A stretch of DNA of 62,732 bases, filler included, from Basidiobolus meristosporus CBS 931.73 (taxonomy: Eukaryota > Fungi > Basidiobolomycota), in assembly GCA_002104905.1 (NCBI GenBank). It is 3 parts of 3 records of this genome, joined end to end, with 100 filler letters (N's around TTAATTAATTAA, not from the genome) between each part and the next. Parts side by side here need not be neighbours in the genome. Positions count along the whole stretch, not along the records: positions 1 to 20,892 come from MCFE01000996.1; positions 20,993 to 34,000 come from MCFE01001216.1; 1 more part is not named here. The stretch is one strand, 5' to 3'. Every line of letters begins with the position of its first letter. The first letter of the stretch is position 1. The translations under genes were made by a program, and so were the position numbers. Positions 13,223-23,460 of this stretch are shown here, piece after piece. The notes below the pieces were generated by a model. It searched no databases and was not told the origin of the DNA. It was given only the letters and a program-made list of their open reading frames with translations.

Positions 13223-13520
13223 AGAGTCTTGGAGATTTCCAAATGGACCAAGAGAACAAGTAGACAATGTAGCTTTTGCTTAATGATTAGTTGTATGTAA
13301 AGTAGCATCAAAACTTTTACCTGCTGCTGGCAAAACAAACACTTGGCATATGCTTAGCAAGGCTCCAAGAAGATGTGTACAAGGTTGAAGTTATATGGAC
13401 AACTTCAGGTTTTTAAGTAAATCCCAGCAAGCAACTTAATTAGGATTCTTTTAGATTTGTAGGTAATGATCCAAGTGGCTAAGTTAGGTGAATATTTAGG
13501 GGTAATTACAAAACTTATGA
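13223..13520 (-). repeat. Degenerate LTR family 1 copy with internal deletion
   Basis: Reverse-complement similarity to 12708-13056; the 48-bp central segment is replaced by 9 nt at 13406-13414. Confidence 0.7.
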
Positions 13521-13747
13521 CAGTATATGCTAGTTCTATGAAGGATTGATTTACATCTGAAGACCAAACAGATATAAGCCAATCTGTATGCCTGAAAACT
13601 AAGAGCACCAGTAGAGTCAGTAAGTAAGATATTTGAAAAGATGTAATAGCAACACAATGTACACTGATGTAGGAGATGATTGAGTGTTGGTAATCAGAAA
13701 GTGCAAGAAATAGGAGAGAACCAAGCAAAAGCAATCTAGGACCTATT

Positions 13748-14096
13748 TGTTGAAAGAGTGTTGGATATATAGGAAGTGATTGAGAAAACAAGTAGATTTT
13801 GTGGTTTTCACTTAATGATTTATTGAATGTAAAAGTAGTATTTATACTGTTACATGTTCTTGGCATTACAAACATGTAGAATAGGCTAAGGAAGGTCCCA
13901 AGAACATGTGTGCAAAGTTTGGGGCTGTTTGGACAACTTATCTGATTTTCATATTCTGGGTACCTGGTATTTTGGTGAAAATATTCCAAGTAAATCTTGA
14001 CAAGGAATTTGGCCAGTATTCTCTAGGATTTGAAGGTAGTGATCTAAGTGACTAAGTTAGGTGAATATTTAGGTGGAATTACAAGTTTTTACGACA
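13748..14096 (-). repeat. Solo LTR family 1 with 5-bp TSD
   Basis: 349 bp, TGTTG...CGACA ends, CTATT on both sides. Confidence 0.92.
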
Positions 14097-14185
14097 CTAT
14101 TGAGGTGCTATATCTTGACCAAGTTTTTTGTGAAATCTGAGGTGCTGTTTTCTTCTAATAGTGTCTACACAGTATTCTGACAACA

Positions 14186-14446
14186 TCAATACCTTTTGGT
14201 CCTAGGATTTGAATTTTGGTACAGTCTTTTGACAGGATCATCAAGTTTTTTTTCATAGGGTTTGTGGTTACATGCCATTATTTGTTCTAACAGAAAATAT
14301 TCCACAAATGAGTAGCATATCAAATAGAGATTTGAAGCATGGAAGTATTTTATGGGCTTAGCTAGCTGTTTGGTACTACACAATAGGCTTACTTCATACT
14401 GGTATTGAGTGATCTGGGCACTTGTTAATCTTTTTCTTGTTTCCAT
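14186..14446 (-). mobile_element. Possible Ty3/gypsy RNase H-like remnant
   Basis: RKRLTSAQITQYQYE..CNHKPY resembles gypsy SRKL.PAE.NY..TDHKPL; weak. A related fragment lies at ~12430-12470. Confidence 0.35.
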
Positions 14447-15318
14447 AGTTGTTTGGACTACATTGAAGAGATTGAATAATTAGCACTGACAAAGTCCCAA
14501 TGGATTTCAGAGAAATTGGCTTTGGGGGAGTATTGACCATGAGCTGGACAATTCCGATTGTATAATATCTACTTTTTGGCTGATTAGGTGAGTTTGAAAT
14601 ATATAAGCCGCGCGTAAAGCTTCGAATACAAATGATATCGATATATCAGTGAAAGAGCCTGAAAGCTTAGTAACATTAGAATAAGTTGAACCAGGATCTC
14701 TACCAATTCAACAGATTAGTAATACTCTGGCAACATTTGAGCATGGAATATCACACTACACTAATAATTCCAATGCAATCGGGTAAAAAGATCAAAAGCA
14801 TATTCCAAATTAACACTATGTCAGATATAGTAGACAGTATAGGGTTCTGGACGACGCTGTATTGGGTTCAGATTCTCACAGTCATTCCAACCGTGGAACA
14901 AGGATGCTCAAAGCAAGGGAATTCCGGGCTGTTCATAAGGCATATTACTCTATTGCGGGTCGCTGGGCTGGTGGACTGGAATGACGTTCTGGAACAATTC
15001 CGCGAATGCCACTGATGGAAATTTGGATAAATGACCATAACTAGAAAAGAAATTATGGGTAAATGATCCTGAGAAATTATGGGTAAAGGAGCGCAGGAAA
15101 AATGGATTAATATAACCGCCAACTGAGAACAGTAACATTGTGCGGCACAAGTGGTCTAGCTGATCATCTGTGGTACGATCACTAATAAAGAAATATTGTG
15201 AATGATGGCAAGAGCTCAAGCGGTATATTTCTGAAACAGCGACTGGAGTATTTAATGGTTGTCTCAACACAGTTGCCTTGTAATCAATTCAGCTTCACTC
15301 CTAAACAGCCTATACAAT

Positions 15319-16230
15319 ATGGTCTTTGCTAACGCCAACTTCCCAACCTCTCCCGATGGTCGCACCTACCATGTGGAATTGAAGCGAGGCGAGGCCGCCA
15401 ACCGCATCATTACTGTCGGCGATCCAGCCCGTGCCAAGAGACTTGCCAAATTCCTTGATCCCGAACCAGCAGTGTTCGAGTTGAGCTCCCATAGAGGCTT
15501 CTACACTGCAACTGGTCGTTACAAGGGTGTTCCGGTTAGTATCATTGCCATTGGAATGGGCATCCCAATGATGGACTTCTTTGTACGTGAAGTACGCGCT
15601 GTCGTAGACGGTCCCATGTGCATCATCCGTCTTGGCTCCTGTGGATCTTTGAACGGGGCTAAGCCTGGAGAGTTTATGGTCCCCACCAGCTCTGTTGCTC
15701 TTACCCGCAACTACAATTATTTTGCACCAGGCTCCAAATGTCCCAAGCCCTACGACATCACTGAGGAATTCCCTGCCGATCCGGAGCTCTCTAAGCTTCT
15801 AACTGCTGAATTGGCTCAGGTATTTGGACAAGAAAAGGTCCATAGCGGAGTTAATATTACTGCAGATTCGTTCTACTCCTCTCAAGGGCGAGTGGATGAG
15901 AATTTCACCGACGCCAACGAGGATCTATTCGAGGTCATTCATAAAGAGCTTCCGTCAGCTGTATCACTAGAAATGGAAACCTTCATGCTTTATCATCTTG
16001 CACACTGCACCACATCAGCACCCCTGATGGAGAAGAAGCACAACCAAAGCATCCATTGTGGAGCTTCAATGATGGTATTCGCTGATCGGGTGACGAATCA
16101 ATTTATCGACCACTCCATTGTCCCTGGTCTCGAAGAGAAGGCAGGGAGAGCGGTACTAGAGACTCTAATCAAGTGGAGCCCAGATGAGATGGTTCATGAA
16201 GAGCACGGCAGTGTTTGGGCAACCGATTAG
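15319..16230 (+). CDS. Uridine/purine nucleoside phosphorylase (PNP_UDP_1 family), intronless
   Basis: ATG 15319. Motifs YHV.LK.GE.ANRIITVGDP.RA, GMGIPMMD, IIRLGSCG, TADSFYSSQGR, EMET. Confidence 0.92.
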   Translation: MVFANANFPTSPDGRTYHVELKRGEAANRIITVGDPARAKRLAKFLDPEPAVFELSSHRGFYTATGRYKGVPVSIIAIGMGIPMMDFFVREVRAVVDGPMCIIRLGSCGSLNGAKPGEFMVPTSSVALTRNYNYFAPGSKCPKPYDITEEFPADPELSKLLTAELAQVFGQEKVHSGVNITADSFYSSQGRVDENFTDANEDLFEVIHKELPSAVSLEMETFMLYHLAHCTTSAPLMEKKHNQSIHCGASMMVFADRVTNQFIDHSIVPGLEEKAGRAVLETLIKWSPDEMVHEEHGSVWATD

Positions 16231-16392
16231 ATAGAAACCATCATCATGTACTTAATGTTAATAAATATCCGCATTCTCCAGTGAACAGAATTTTATTTCT
16301 CACGTAAAAGTGATGTTATTTGGTTGATGGATAGCATAGAATTGTATAGAAACCAGCATATACATCTATCATTGTTTGGAGCATGCGAATAC

Positions 16393-18084
16393 TTATAAAC
16401 GTCTTAACAGGAAGCGGCGTCGCAAACCCTTACTGTTGTGTGCCGAAGGCTCCGGTATACCGGAAGCCTTGGGTGAGGGATGGGCTCCACCTGCAGTAGA
16501 ACTTGGAGAGGCAGTTGGTGTTTTTGGTCCACTTGATAAGGGATCAGCCTGGCTTTTATCATCATTGTTGCGGCTTCCGTTTCCATTTTTTGCAAGCATC
16601 TTATCTCTACCCCCATCATCCCAACTGTCTTCGTCGTCGTCCTCATCATCATCATCATCTTCGTCGTCGTCGTCGTCCTCGTCCTCATCATCATCATCGT
16701 TGTCGTCCCCATCTTCATCATCGTTGTCGTCCCCATCTTCATCATCTTCATCGTTGTCGTCCTCATCTTCATCTTCTTCATCGTCCTTCTCCTCACGCTT
16801 GTTGATTACTTTATCACCTCGGGGATCGGACGTATTGTCTTTGACCAACTCCTTGTGTGTATCATCATCCTCACCATCATCTTCGTCCTCTTCCTCGCCC
16901 TCGTCTTCATTTTCATCCTCCTCACGCTTGTTAATTACTTTATCACCTCGGCGATCGGAAGTATTGCCTTTAGCCAACTCTATGTGAGTGTTGTCATCGT
17001 TGTCCTCACCATCTTCTTCTTCTTCTTCTTCACTATCTTCATCATCCTCTTCCTCTTCACGCTCATTGATTACTTTGCCACCTTGGGGATCGGAAGTATT
17101 GCCTTTGGCCAACTCCTTGTGTGTATCATCCTCTTCGTCCTCACTACCATCATTATCATCATCCTCTTCACGCTTGTTGATTCCTTTATCACCACGGTGA
17201 TCGGAAGTATTGCCTTTGGCCAACTCTTTGTGTGTATCATCATCTTCGCCCTCATCATCCTTACCATCACCACCATCGTCATCATCATTTTCCTCGTCTT
17301 TAGCATCATCATCACCCTCCTCACGCTTGCTGATTACTTTCTCGTCGCCGTGATTAGAAGGGTTACTTTGCGCCATTTCTTTGTGTGTATCATCATCTTC
17401 ACTATCTTCATCTTCATCATCCTCGCCTTCATCATCACTCTCCTCGCGTTTGCGGGTTGCTTTATCTTCACCGTGATCAGAATGGTTGTCTTTTGCCAAC
17501 TCTTTGTGTGTACCATCATCCCCGTCGTCTTCCTCGCCATCGTCTTCTTCCTCATCGGCAACATCTTCATCCTCCCCCACCTCACGCTTGTTGATTACTT
17601 TATCATCAGAAGGGTCGCTTTTAGCTAGTTCCTTATGTGTATCACCATCCTCGTTGTCTTCCTCATCTTCATCTTCATCACCATCGTCATCCTCGCGTTT
17701 TTGGATTACTTTATCACTGCTGTGAGGGTTGCTTTTAGCCATTTCTTTGTGCGTATCATTATCTTCGTCGTCTTCCTCATCTTCACCTGCATCGTCACTT
17801 CCGCTGTCTTCCTGCTGGTTGGGAGGACTGCCTTTTGCCAGTTCATGATGATTATTTCCATCTTCATCTTCGTTCCCCCTGAGTACACAAGTAGGTGTCT
17901 TGCTGTCCTTCATGCTACAGATGGTCCCTTCGCCACAAGTGATATGGATCCAATCATTGTTGGAGCATTGATCAATCTGGCTGGGATTGTCAACGGAACA
18001 TCTGAACTCACCATTGGTGCATTCAGCCAGTGCTGCCGAGGTGTACAAAAGGATCGATAAGGCTAATCCACAGAAAGACTTCAT
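16393..18084 (-). CDS. Secreted protein: signal peptide, CBM19-like Cys domain, then D/E-rich repeats separated by Lys-Arg sites
   Basis: MKSFCGLALSILLYTSAALA; C-x6-C..C..C-x5-C module; eight THKELAK...DKVINKR-type repeats; 563-aa open frame. Confidence 0.88.
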   Translation of the reverse strand: MKSFCGLALSILLYTSAALAECTNGEFRCSVDNPSQIDQCSNNDWIHITCGEGTICSMKDSKTPTCVLRGNEDEDGNNHHELAKGSPPNQQEDSGSDDAGEDEEDDEDNDTHKEMAKSNPHSSDKVIQKREDDDGDEDEDEEDNEDGDTHKELAKSDPSDDKVINKREVGEDEDVADEEEDDGEEDDGDDGTHKELAKDNHSDHGEDKATRKREESDDEGEDDEDEDSEDDDTHKEMAQSNPSNHGDEKVISKREEGDDDAKDEENDDDDGGDGKDDEGEDDDTHKELAKGNTSDHRGDKGINKREEDDDNDGSEDEEDDTHKELAKGNTSDPQGGKVINEREEEEDDEDSEEEEEEDGEDNDDNTHIELAKGNTSDRRGDKVINKREEDENEDEGEEEDEDDGEDDDTHKELVKDNTSDPRGDKVINKREEKDDEEDEDEDDNDEDDEDGDDNDDEDGDDNDDDDEDEDDDDDEDDDDDEDDDEDSWDDGGRDKMLAKNGNGSRNNDDKSQADPLSSGPKTPTASPSSTAGGAHPSPKASGIPEPSAHNSKGLRRRFLLRRL

Positions 18085-18627
18085 ATTGGTTTGTGTTCTG
18101 AACTGGTTTTTGAAGGGTCAGCAGAAGCCAGAATTTATAGTGAGAACGATGCGTTATGAGTTCATAAAGCTGTCATAGCAAAGAACCAACCATTTCGGCA
18201 TTTATTCTCAGTAAGCCAATGGTACCATAGTGCCCGCGATTTCTTGGCTGGAAAAAGGATTTGCGCTTGGTTCTTATTGGGAGCTCTTAATGCAGGAATT
18301 GATATCGACCAAGTGCATAGGCTCCCATCTAGTAACCCAAGGATTGATTCACCTAGGAAGGCTTCATTGGCCTGTCGTTCCATTACTTATTAATGAACAG
18401 GAGTGTTTATTTGTTTGAAACATGGTACGGTTAATGGGATTGGGCTATGGTACGGTTAATAGGATTGGGTTTGCTTGCGCGTTAGCCTAAATGACCCTCT
18501 CTATCTACTGTAAGCCTCGGGGGTGCATAGGTGGACATTTATTCCATCATTTAATTCACGACCATTCATCCATATATCCTACTATCCCTGGCCATCCATT
18601 GTCCTACTGCAAACCATACTCGTTCCC

Positions 18628-18790
18628 ATTCATCCATATTATCCCTATCACTGTTCATTCATCCATGTTATCCCTATCACTGTTCATTCATCCATGTTAT
18701 CCCTATCACTGTTCATTCATCCATGTTATCCCTATCACTGTTCATTCATCCATGTTATCCCTATCACTGTTCATTCATCTATATTATTCC
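18628..18790. repeat. 29-bp tandem repeat, about 5.5 copies
   Basis: Unit ATCCATGTTATCCCTATCACTGTTCATTC, with no spacers. Confidence 0.95.
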
Positions 18791-20238
18791 ACTGCCTGCC
18801 AACCATGCTCATGTCCATCCATCGTACTGTCAACCATGCTTTACCCGTGGCGTCATCTAAGCCCTAATCATACTCCCAAGCCTAGATCTAATTTTAGTAA
18901 ACAAAACTGTCTACTTGCATAGATAGCAATTATTTTGGTTACCACTGCATTGATCTCCTTTATGACAGTAGAGTTGCAGTTGCTCCAACATGCGCACAAA
19001 GACTGGAATAGCTAAATAGATGATTATCACGACTAATGGGTCATCTGAGCTATATTAATCCATGCTCAGTACAACCTTACTTTAATTAACAATGAAGTAC
19101 ACAAATTTCATATTGAAACCCGCATATTAATCAGTGAACTAGACTTCCATGGAGTAGGAATGTGTAGAGCTTGGCCTCGCGTTTTCTGTTCAGATGGACC
19201 AGCTGGAAACGGGTTTGATTCAAACACACAGACAGCATATCTGTTTCATTCGACCCCGATGCCCAAATGTGAATATAGTGGCTAAGCCGAGGCTATGTTA
19301 GCAGTGTCGTGTATGTATGGTCGAAAGATTAACAAAGAAAGATGCACATTCACGCCGTCCCTGTACGCATGAAGATACGTCAACAACCACATTGCTCTCA
19401 TATGGCGATCATCGAGTGGTTGTGCTATTGGATGGACATGGTACAGGGCTTGTCCTGACTCAGACGAAAGAGAAACATCCCGTTTTATAAGGGCCATCAT
19501 TTCATTGCATGGTGAATGTCCCTAAACGATTAAGGGTTGGGATCCTGACCATGATCCACAATAGAATCGGGGCTTATCCGCATCCGCTTCTCGAACTTAA
19601 ATACAGTGCACGTGACGAGCATAGGCAATGCAATATAATATATATCTTCCGAGCTCCCCACATGGGCATTTGTTATTTCCGTCTCAATTTGCATACACTT
19701 AGGCTTCCACCACCAATATACTTAAGGCATTTCCCTCGCCGATATTCCTATTTCTCAGCATAGTTTCAGTTGTCTGACTCTTCCCTGTTCTTCCCTTCTT
19801 TCTTTCTCTGCCCGTAGCCTAATACAAGTAGAAAGGAACCGATTTGGTTTACTTATGTCCCTGTTTTGAGAACACTTTCTTTGTAAAGCCTTTGCTCCAC
19901 AACTACATATACTTTTTTGGTATTCTCCGGCACAAAATCGATATTAGCTAGTTCCCACCTCTTTACTTGCTCAATATGTTGGAAGTGTCTTCAAAACTTA
20001 GCTATCCCATTTCTCGAGGTACATTTCTCTCTATCTCTATCCCTATCCCTATCCCACAGCGGCAACTAACTGACGGGTTTTTCCTAGGACTGGAGGAATC
20101 GGTTAAACCAAGAGTCACCTTTGCCACTACTTTTGAACAAGTAATTTGTACCACCACCCTTTTTTAGTCTACAGCTTCTGATGTCTTGTTGGTATTTTGA
20201 CAGAATCACCACGTTGATTCCAGTGTTGTGGTCGTACC

Positions 20239-20892
20239 ATGCAAGCAAGCCTTTCAAACTTCCAGCCTTTGTCTAGTCCCACCAAAGAGATTTCAGGCCA
20301 AATGACCCACGAGGGCTTTCGCGCTGTGGAAGAGTTGAACAATCAAGCACTGGTGAAATGTGGATATTTACTTAAACGTAGTACCAAAAGAAAGGTGAGT
20401 TGCAAGAGTTTGTGTGATCGGTGATACCCTTACTCACTCAAGGGGCGTAGGTTTGGAAGAAACGCTGGTTCGTTTTACGCGGGACCTCTCTCACTTGCTA
20501 CAAGGACGATAAGGTAAGTCCGCAGTAATCTTGTCAGCCTCATCAAGCGACGCATTTACCAACAAACTATCTATTGAACAAGGAATACGAGCTCGAAAGG
20601 ATCATTGATTTATCAGAGGCTATTCAGATTCTTGAAGCCACATGGAAAACCCGCAAAAACGTATTTGGCATCGTAGTAAGCAAAAAGAAGTACTACTTTC
20701 AAGCAGAAGTCACGTATTCAATTGGATGAATGGCTCAACACGATGGACTATGTTTTAAGCGGACTGACTGAGGAAGATGTTACAGGCGAATATTCCCATT
20801 CGCGAAAAAGCTCTGCAGGTTCTAGATCCTCTATAATTAATAGGAGTAATTCGGATCCTCCAAAGGATATTTTCTCAGCTACGGCAAGGCCG
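20239..20892 (+). CDS. PH-domain protein (Opy1-like), 5' part; exons 20239-20394, 20451-20513, 20583->gap
   Basis: KCGYLLKRSTKRK|VWKKRWFVLRG..CYKDDK|EYELERIIDL..YYFQAE; GT-AG introns; apparent +1 frameshift at ~20709; cut by the gap. Confidence 0.85.
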
Positions 20893-20992
20893 NNNNNNNN
20901 NNNNNNNNNNNNNNNNNNNNNNNNNNNNNNNNNNNNTTAATTAATTAANNNNNNNNNNNNNNNNNNNNNNNNNNNNNNNNNNNNNNNNNNNN
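20893..20992. other. Assembly gap with six-frame-stop linker
   Basis: N-run containing TTAATTAATTAA at 20937-20948. Confidence 0.97.
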
Positions 20993-23460
20993 AGGTACCT
21001 AAAACATGAAGTTTCTCAAAGTTGTTCAAGCAGCCCATACCTTGTATGTATGCTCTTTAGACCTTGCTGTGCATATGCCAAGTGAGTCTGCTATGCCAAG
21101 AATGTACAGGAACTTAAACACTACTTTTACATTCAATAAACCATAAATTGGAAGCACATAATCTATTTGTTCTTCAAATCACTTCCAATATTTTCCAAGA
21201 CTCTTACAACAACATGAGCCTGATATTCAGCCAAGTCAGTCAAATGACCAAAGGCTTTGCACACATATACTTGCAACCTTTCTAAGTATGCTGCACATGT
21301 CAAACCTATCAAGACTACGTAACTATAATAGTACCACCATTGCAATCAGTTAGCAGTTCCTCATGAAAAAGAAATAATTTTAGGCCAGCAGAATGTTGTA
21401 GAAATTTGTAATTCCACCTAAATATTCACCTAACTTAGTCACTTAGATCATTACCTTCAAATCCTAGAGAATATTGACCAATTCCTTGTTGGGATTTACT
21501 TAGAATATTTTCATCAAAATACCAGGTACCCAGAACATGAAAATTCTCAAAGTTGTCCAAACTGCCCCAAACTTTGCACACATGTTCTTGGGACCTTTCT
21601 TAACCTGTTCTATGTGCTTGCTATGCCAAGACCATGTAAAAGTATAAATACTACTTTTACATTCAATAAATCATTAAGTGAAAACCACATAATCTACTTG
21701 TCCTCCCAATCACTTCCAATATCTCCAAGACTCTTACAACACAGAGCTCCAACATAACATTAGCTGGATCTCTAGTTTGCCTAAGCCTACAACTCTCAGT
21801 ATCTTAAGTACTAGCCATCTGGTAGATAAGTAAATATATATTTTAAAAGGTGACTGGGCTAACCAACATCAATACCAGACTTGGTAAACAATTGCTCACC
21901 ACTGACCTCAAAGATTATAGCCAATACCTTGAAGATGAAACACAAGCTGAATGTTAGCAAAATACCACTAGGATACCAGCACAATACTGGCAAATCATCA
22001 GATGAATTCCAATTTTAATATTTCTCACAGGGATTATATAAAGCCCCCTGATGTATCAATTCTTGCAGTGGTTGCAAGAGTTTTGGAGATATTGGAGGTA
22101 ATTGGGAGAGCTAATTGATTACATGGCTTACATCTAATGAATTAAAAATTGCAAAAGTAATGCTTCAGCTCCTGCAGTCTTGGCAAAGCAAACACATAGA
22201 TTATGTTTAGATAGAATGCAAGAGCATGTAAGCAAAGTGTTGGTCTAAGTATATTTTAAGCACAGCAGTTACACCTATATATTGACCTCACTTAGCCACC
22301 TAATTAATCATTGCAAACTTATGAGAATTCTGGCCAAATATCTTGTTGGGATTTGCTCAAAATGTATTCTCCAACTCATCAAATACCCAGAGCATGAAAT
22401 ACCAATACATTGTCCAATCAGCCCAAATGCTTTTCCATATGCTCGCAGTACCTTCCTGATTACATGCTACATTTTTGTCCTGCCAATACCATATAACAGT
22501 ATAAATACTGCTTTTATGTTAAATAAATATATTACTTCTACATTCTATGAGCTATAAAGTGAAAACTACACCATATGCTTGCTTTCCAGATCACTTGCTG
22601 TATCTTCAGGATGCATAAGAAGATTTGCCAACTTTAAAATTTTTCATGCTCAAGGTACCTGAGGTTTTGGTAAAAATACTCCTATTCAATCCTTACAAGG
22701 AACCTGGGCAGAATTATTAGAGATTTGTAGGCAAATGATTGAAGTTACTAAGTTTGGTGGCTATAAAGGTGTAATTACCAAAATTTAAACACCAGCAACA
22801 TTTAATTTCTTCCAGCTTTTACAACAGTAGGGGTTCTTGCATACAAACTGGTTGCTGCCCTTTGAGATCACAAGCTGGCTGTCATTAGGCTACTTTAATT
22901 TAAATATGTACACAATAGTAATCAAGAGACTAATCCACTGCATTTTGGTTGGGATTTAGTCAGCTGAGAGGCCTTGAAGAGCTCATAAGTTCTCAAAAAG
23001 CTTATGTATGGCACTGAATATTTGCTCAGCGTTGGCTAATTCAGTCATTCATTGTAGCATTCAATTTAGCTTATCACTATGTTTTATAACATTAACTTAT
23101 GAGCGTGAATTTTATTGTAAGAGTACTGGAGATATTAGAAGTGATTGGGTGAACAAGTAGATTATGTGGTTTTCACTTAATGATTCATTGAATGTAAAAG
23201 TAGTATTTATACTTTCACATGGTCTTGACAAAACAAGAACGTTGAATATGGTTAGGAATGTCTCAAGAACATGTGTGCAAATTTTGGGGCTGTTTGGACA
23301 ACTTAGAATATTTTCACCAAAACAGGAGGTACCTAGAACGTGAAAATTCTCAAAGTAAATCCCAACAAGGAATTTGGTCAGTATACTCTAAGACTTGTAG
23401 GTAATAATCTAAGCGACTAAGTTAGGTGAATATTTAGGTGGAATTACCAATTTTACAACA
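20993..23460. repeat. Cluster of LTR family 1 copies: partial 20993-21211(+), solo 21394-21741(+), degenerate ~22050-22800, solo 23113-23460(-)
   Basis: Similarity to 12708-13056. 21394-21741 is flanked by CAGAA/CAGAG; 23113-23460 is flanked by an AATTT TSD. Confidence 0.88.

Noticed and set aside
13405-13989. 194-aa ORF
   Set aside because: A chance frame spanning LTR sequence and decayed TE DNA; similar peptides arise from other LTR copies (38185..38586).
15319-16230. Intronless nucleoside phosphorylase as a bacterial horizontal transfer
   Set aside because: Other genes here are also intronless and the family is widespread in eukaryotes; it cannot be supported without a phylogeny.
16376-18060. 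Long plus-strand ORFs (poly-Ser, Ile/Phe-rich)
   Set aside because: Antisense shadows of the D/E codon repeats of the secreted protein.
18628-18790. CRISPR-like or tetO-like repeat (TCCCTATCA)
   Set aside because: Units are contiguous with no spacers, there are no cas genes, the context is eukaryotic, and only a half-site of tetO matches.
20937-20948. TTAATTAATTAA palindrome (also 34045-34056)
   Set aside because: Sits inside N-runs; an artificial six-frame stop linker from scaffolding.
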